DNA of 64,000 nt from Podarcis cretensis (Eukaryota): the NCBI GenBank assembly GCA_951804945.1, contig OX638157.1, forward strand, positions 51,212,001 through 51,276,000, written 5' to 3'. Of this stretch, positions 62,701 through 64,000 are shown in pieces. Numbering within the stretch: the first letter of the stretch is position 1; the number at the start of each line of letters is the position of its first letter. Under the pieces are notes generated by a model. The model had not been told where the DNA came from, searched no databases, and saw only the letters and a list, made by a program, of their open reading frames with translations. A program made the position numbers and the translations under genes.

Positions 62701-64000
62701 AACCCAATCTGTCCTGAGTTTAGTGCTTGGTGTCAGAATGTGCATGACTGGCTCAGTACATGGCAGCTTGGCTGCAAGTCAGTACAGACAGACTGAAAAC
62801 CACAGCTGCCACATGCTTCCATGAGAATCAGTCCTTACTGCTGGTTCATCTCAAATCTCAAATCCAGCAAATCTAGCCTTTATTTTTGTAAATTGCTGTA
62901 TTTTTTAAAGAAATGAGAAAAATAATATTTTGACTACTTTATAGGAACAATAATAGGAACCCAGGAAATGTTAGCCATTAGTGCTTGTTACCATAGTGCA
63001 CAGTTAGTATGTTGTGTTTGAATCACCATAAATGTTGATGGCACATAGTCATCATTGAGGGCAAAACTACACGTTAAATGTGTCAATTTCTGCAATTTTG
63101 CATGAATGAAATTCATGCTGGCTATCCTGGGAATGCAGTGCAAAGGGAAGGCAGGCTTATATATTCCATCCCCAGCCGTGATCAGAACAAAAATCCACCT
63201 TTGAAGCTATGAGCACAATAAAAAGGTTCCCATTGGTGGCAATGGCAACTTTTTAACTACGTAATGCTTATAACTGCTAGAAATGGGAGGGAGCAGTTTT
63301 CATTCCAGTTTCAGCTGGGGACGTGTTCTGTGATCCCAGTAACAGCCACTTCCTCACATCTGTAATTAATTAAAGAAGAAATGGATATATGGCTACACAT
63401 TATGCATTCGTCATAACAGGCAGTGTGACCCAGAGTTTCACTAAATTGCACTCAAAGTGTATAAAGCATCTTATGACAAAGGACTGAAAGCTTCTCTGTG
63501 CCTGCAGTGTTCTCTTATTTATCTCGCTCAACCTTCTTATCTGTGATAGCACTCAAACAATATCAGTGGTCCTGGTGAATTACCTAGTATTAGTAGTTTG
63601 TATGTGACATAAACAAGTTGTACACCGACCACATTCCAGTCAGTATAAAACATGAAGTTATTTAGTTTGTTGTATACCAATTTGTATTTATTGATATCAA
63701 AATTAAAGATACAATGGCTGGGAAATATAGCTTATATTTTACAAGCCCAAATATGTCTCTGAGCCTCATGGAAAATCTTGTCCTACCCCAATATTAGGAT
63801 TGTTAAGTACTGCAAAGGAAATCCATATGTGGCTTCTGTTTTCAGACATGTGGGCCCTTGTCTGCCAAAGCAGTGGCTGCTTACCTGGGGCTTCAGGGGA
63901 GCAGTGGTTTGAGGTCTGGTGTGGCTGCAGCCTGCTCCCAGAACCATCTTTGCTCTGACACGACTATTGGGAGAAGTGGAAGCCTCCCCTAGCACTCGCC

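Overview
Eukaryotic, AT-rich, gene-poor DNA. The repeat content points to a squamate reptile, most likely a lacertid lizard: Sauria SINE, Bov-B, CR1, L2, squamate-type L1, a tRNA-Lys/CR1-tail SINE and CAGTGGTACCTC MITEs. I recognise no intact host protein-coding exon, so the window looks like a large intron or gene desert. The only recognisable cellular gene sequence is a processed EEF1G pseudogene (18638-19739, - strand) with a 16-bp TSD, poly(A), a nonsense codon, a frameshift and an internal deletion of ~138 codons. The rest is layered mobile DNA, including several nested insertions, plus repeat-free homeobox-motif-rich blocks that may be conserved enhancers and one well-formed but non-coding exon (22791-22949). 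The most unusual items are (i) a 2.2-kb ORF1-only 'half-L1' inserted with a 17-bp TSD into another L1, and (ii) a solo LTR whose U3 holds a 137-codon acidic, Trp-rich frame remnant. I see no convincing evidence of a wholly new biological system. Family names are from recollection of consensus motifs, not database searches, and boundaries without TSDs are approximate.
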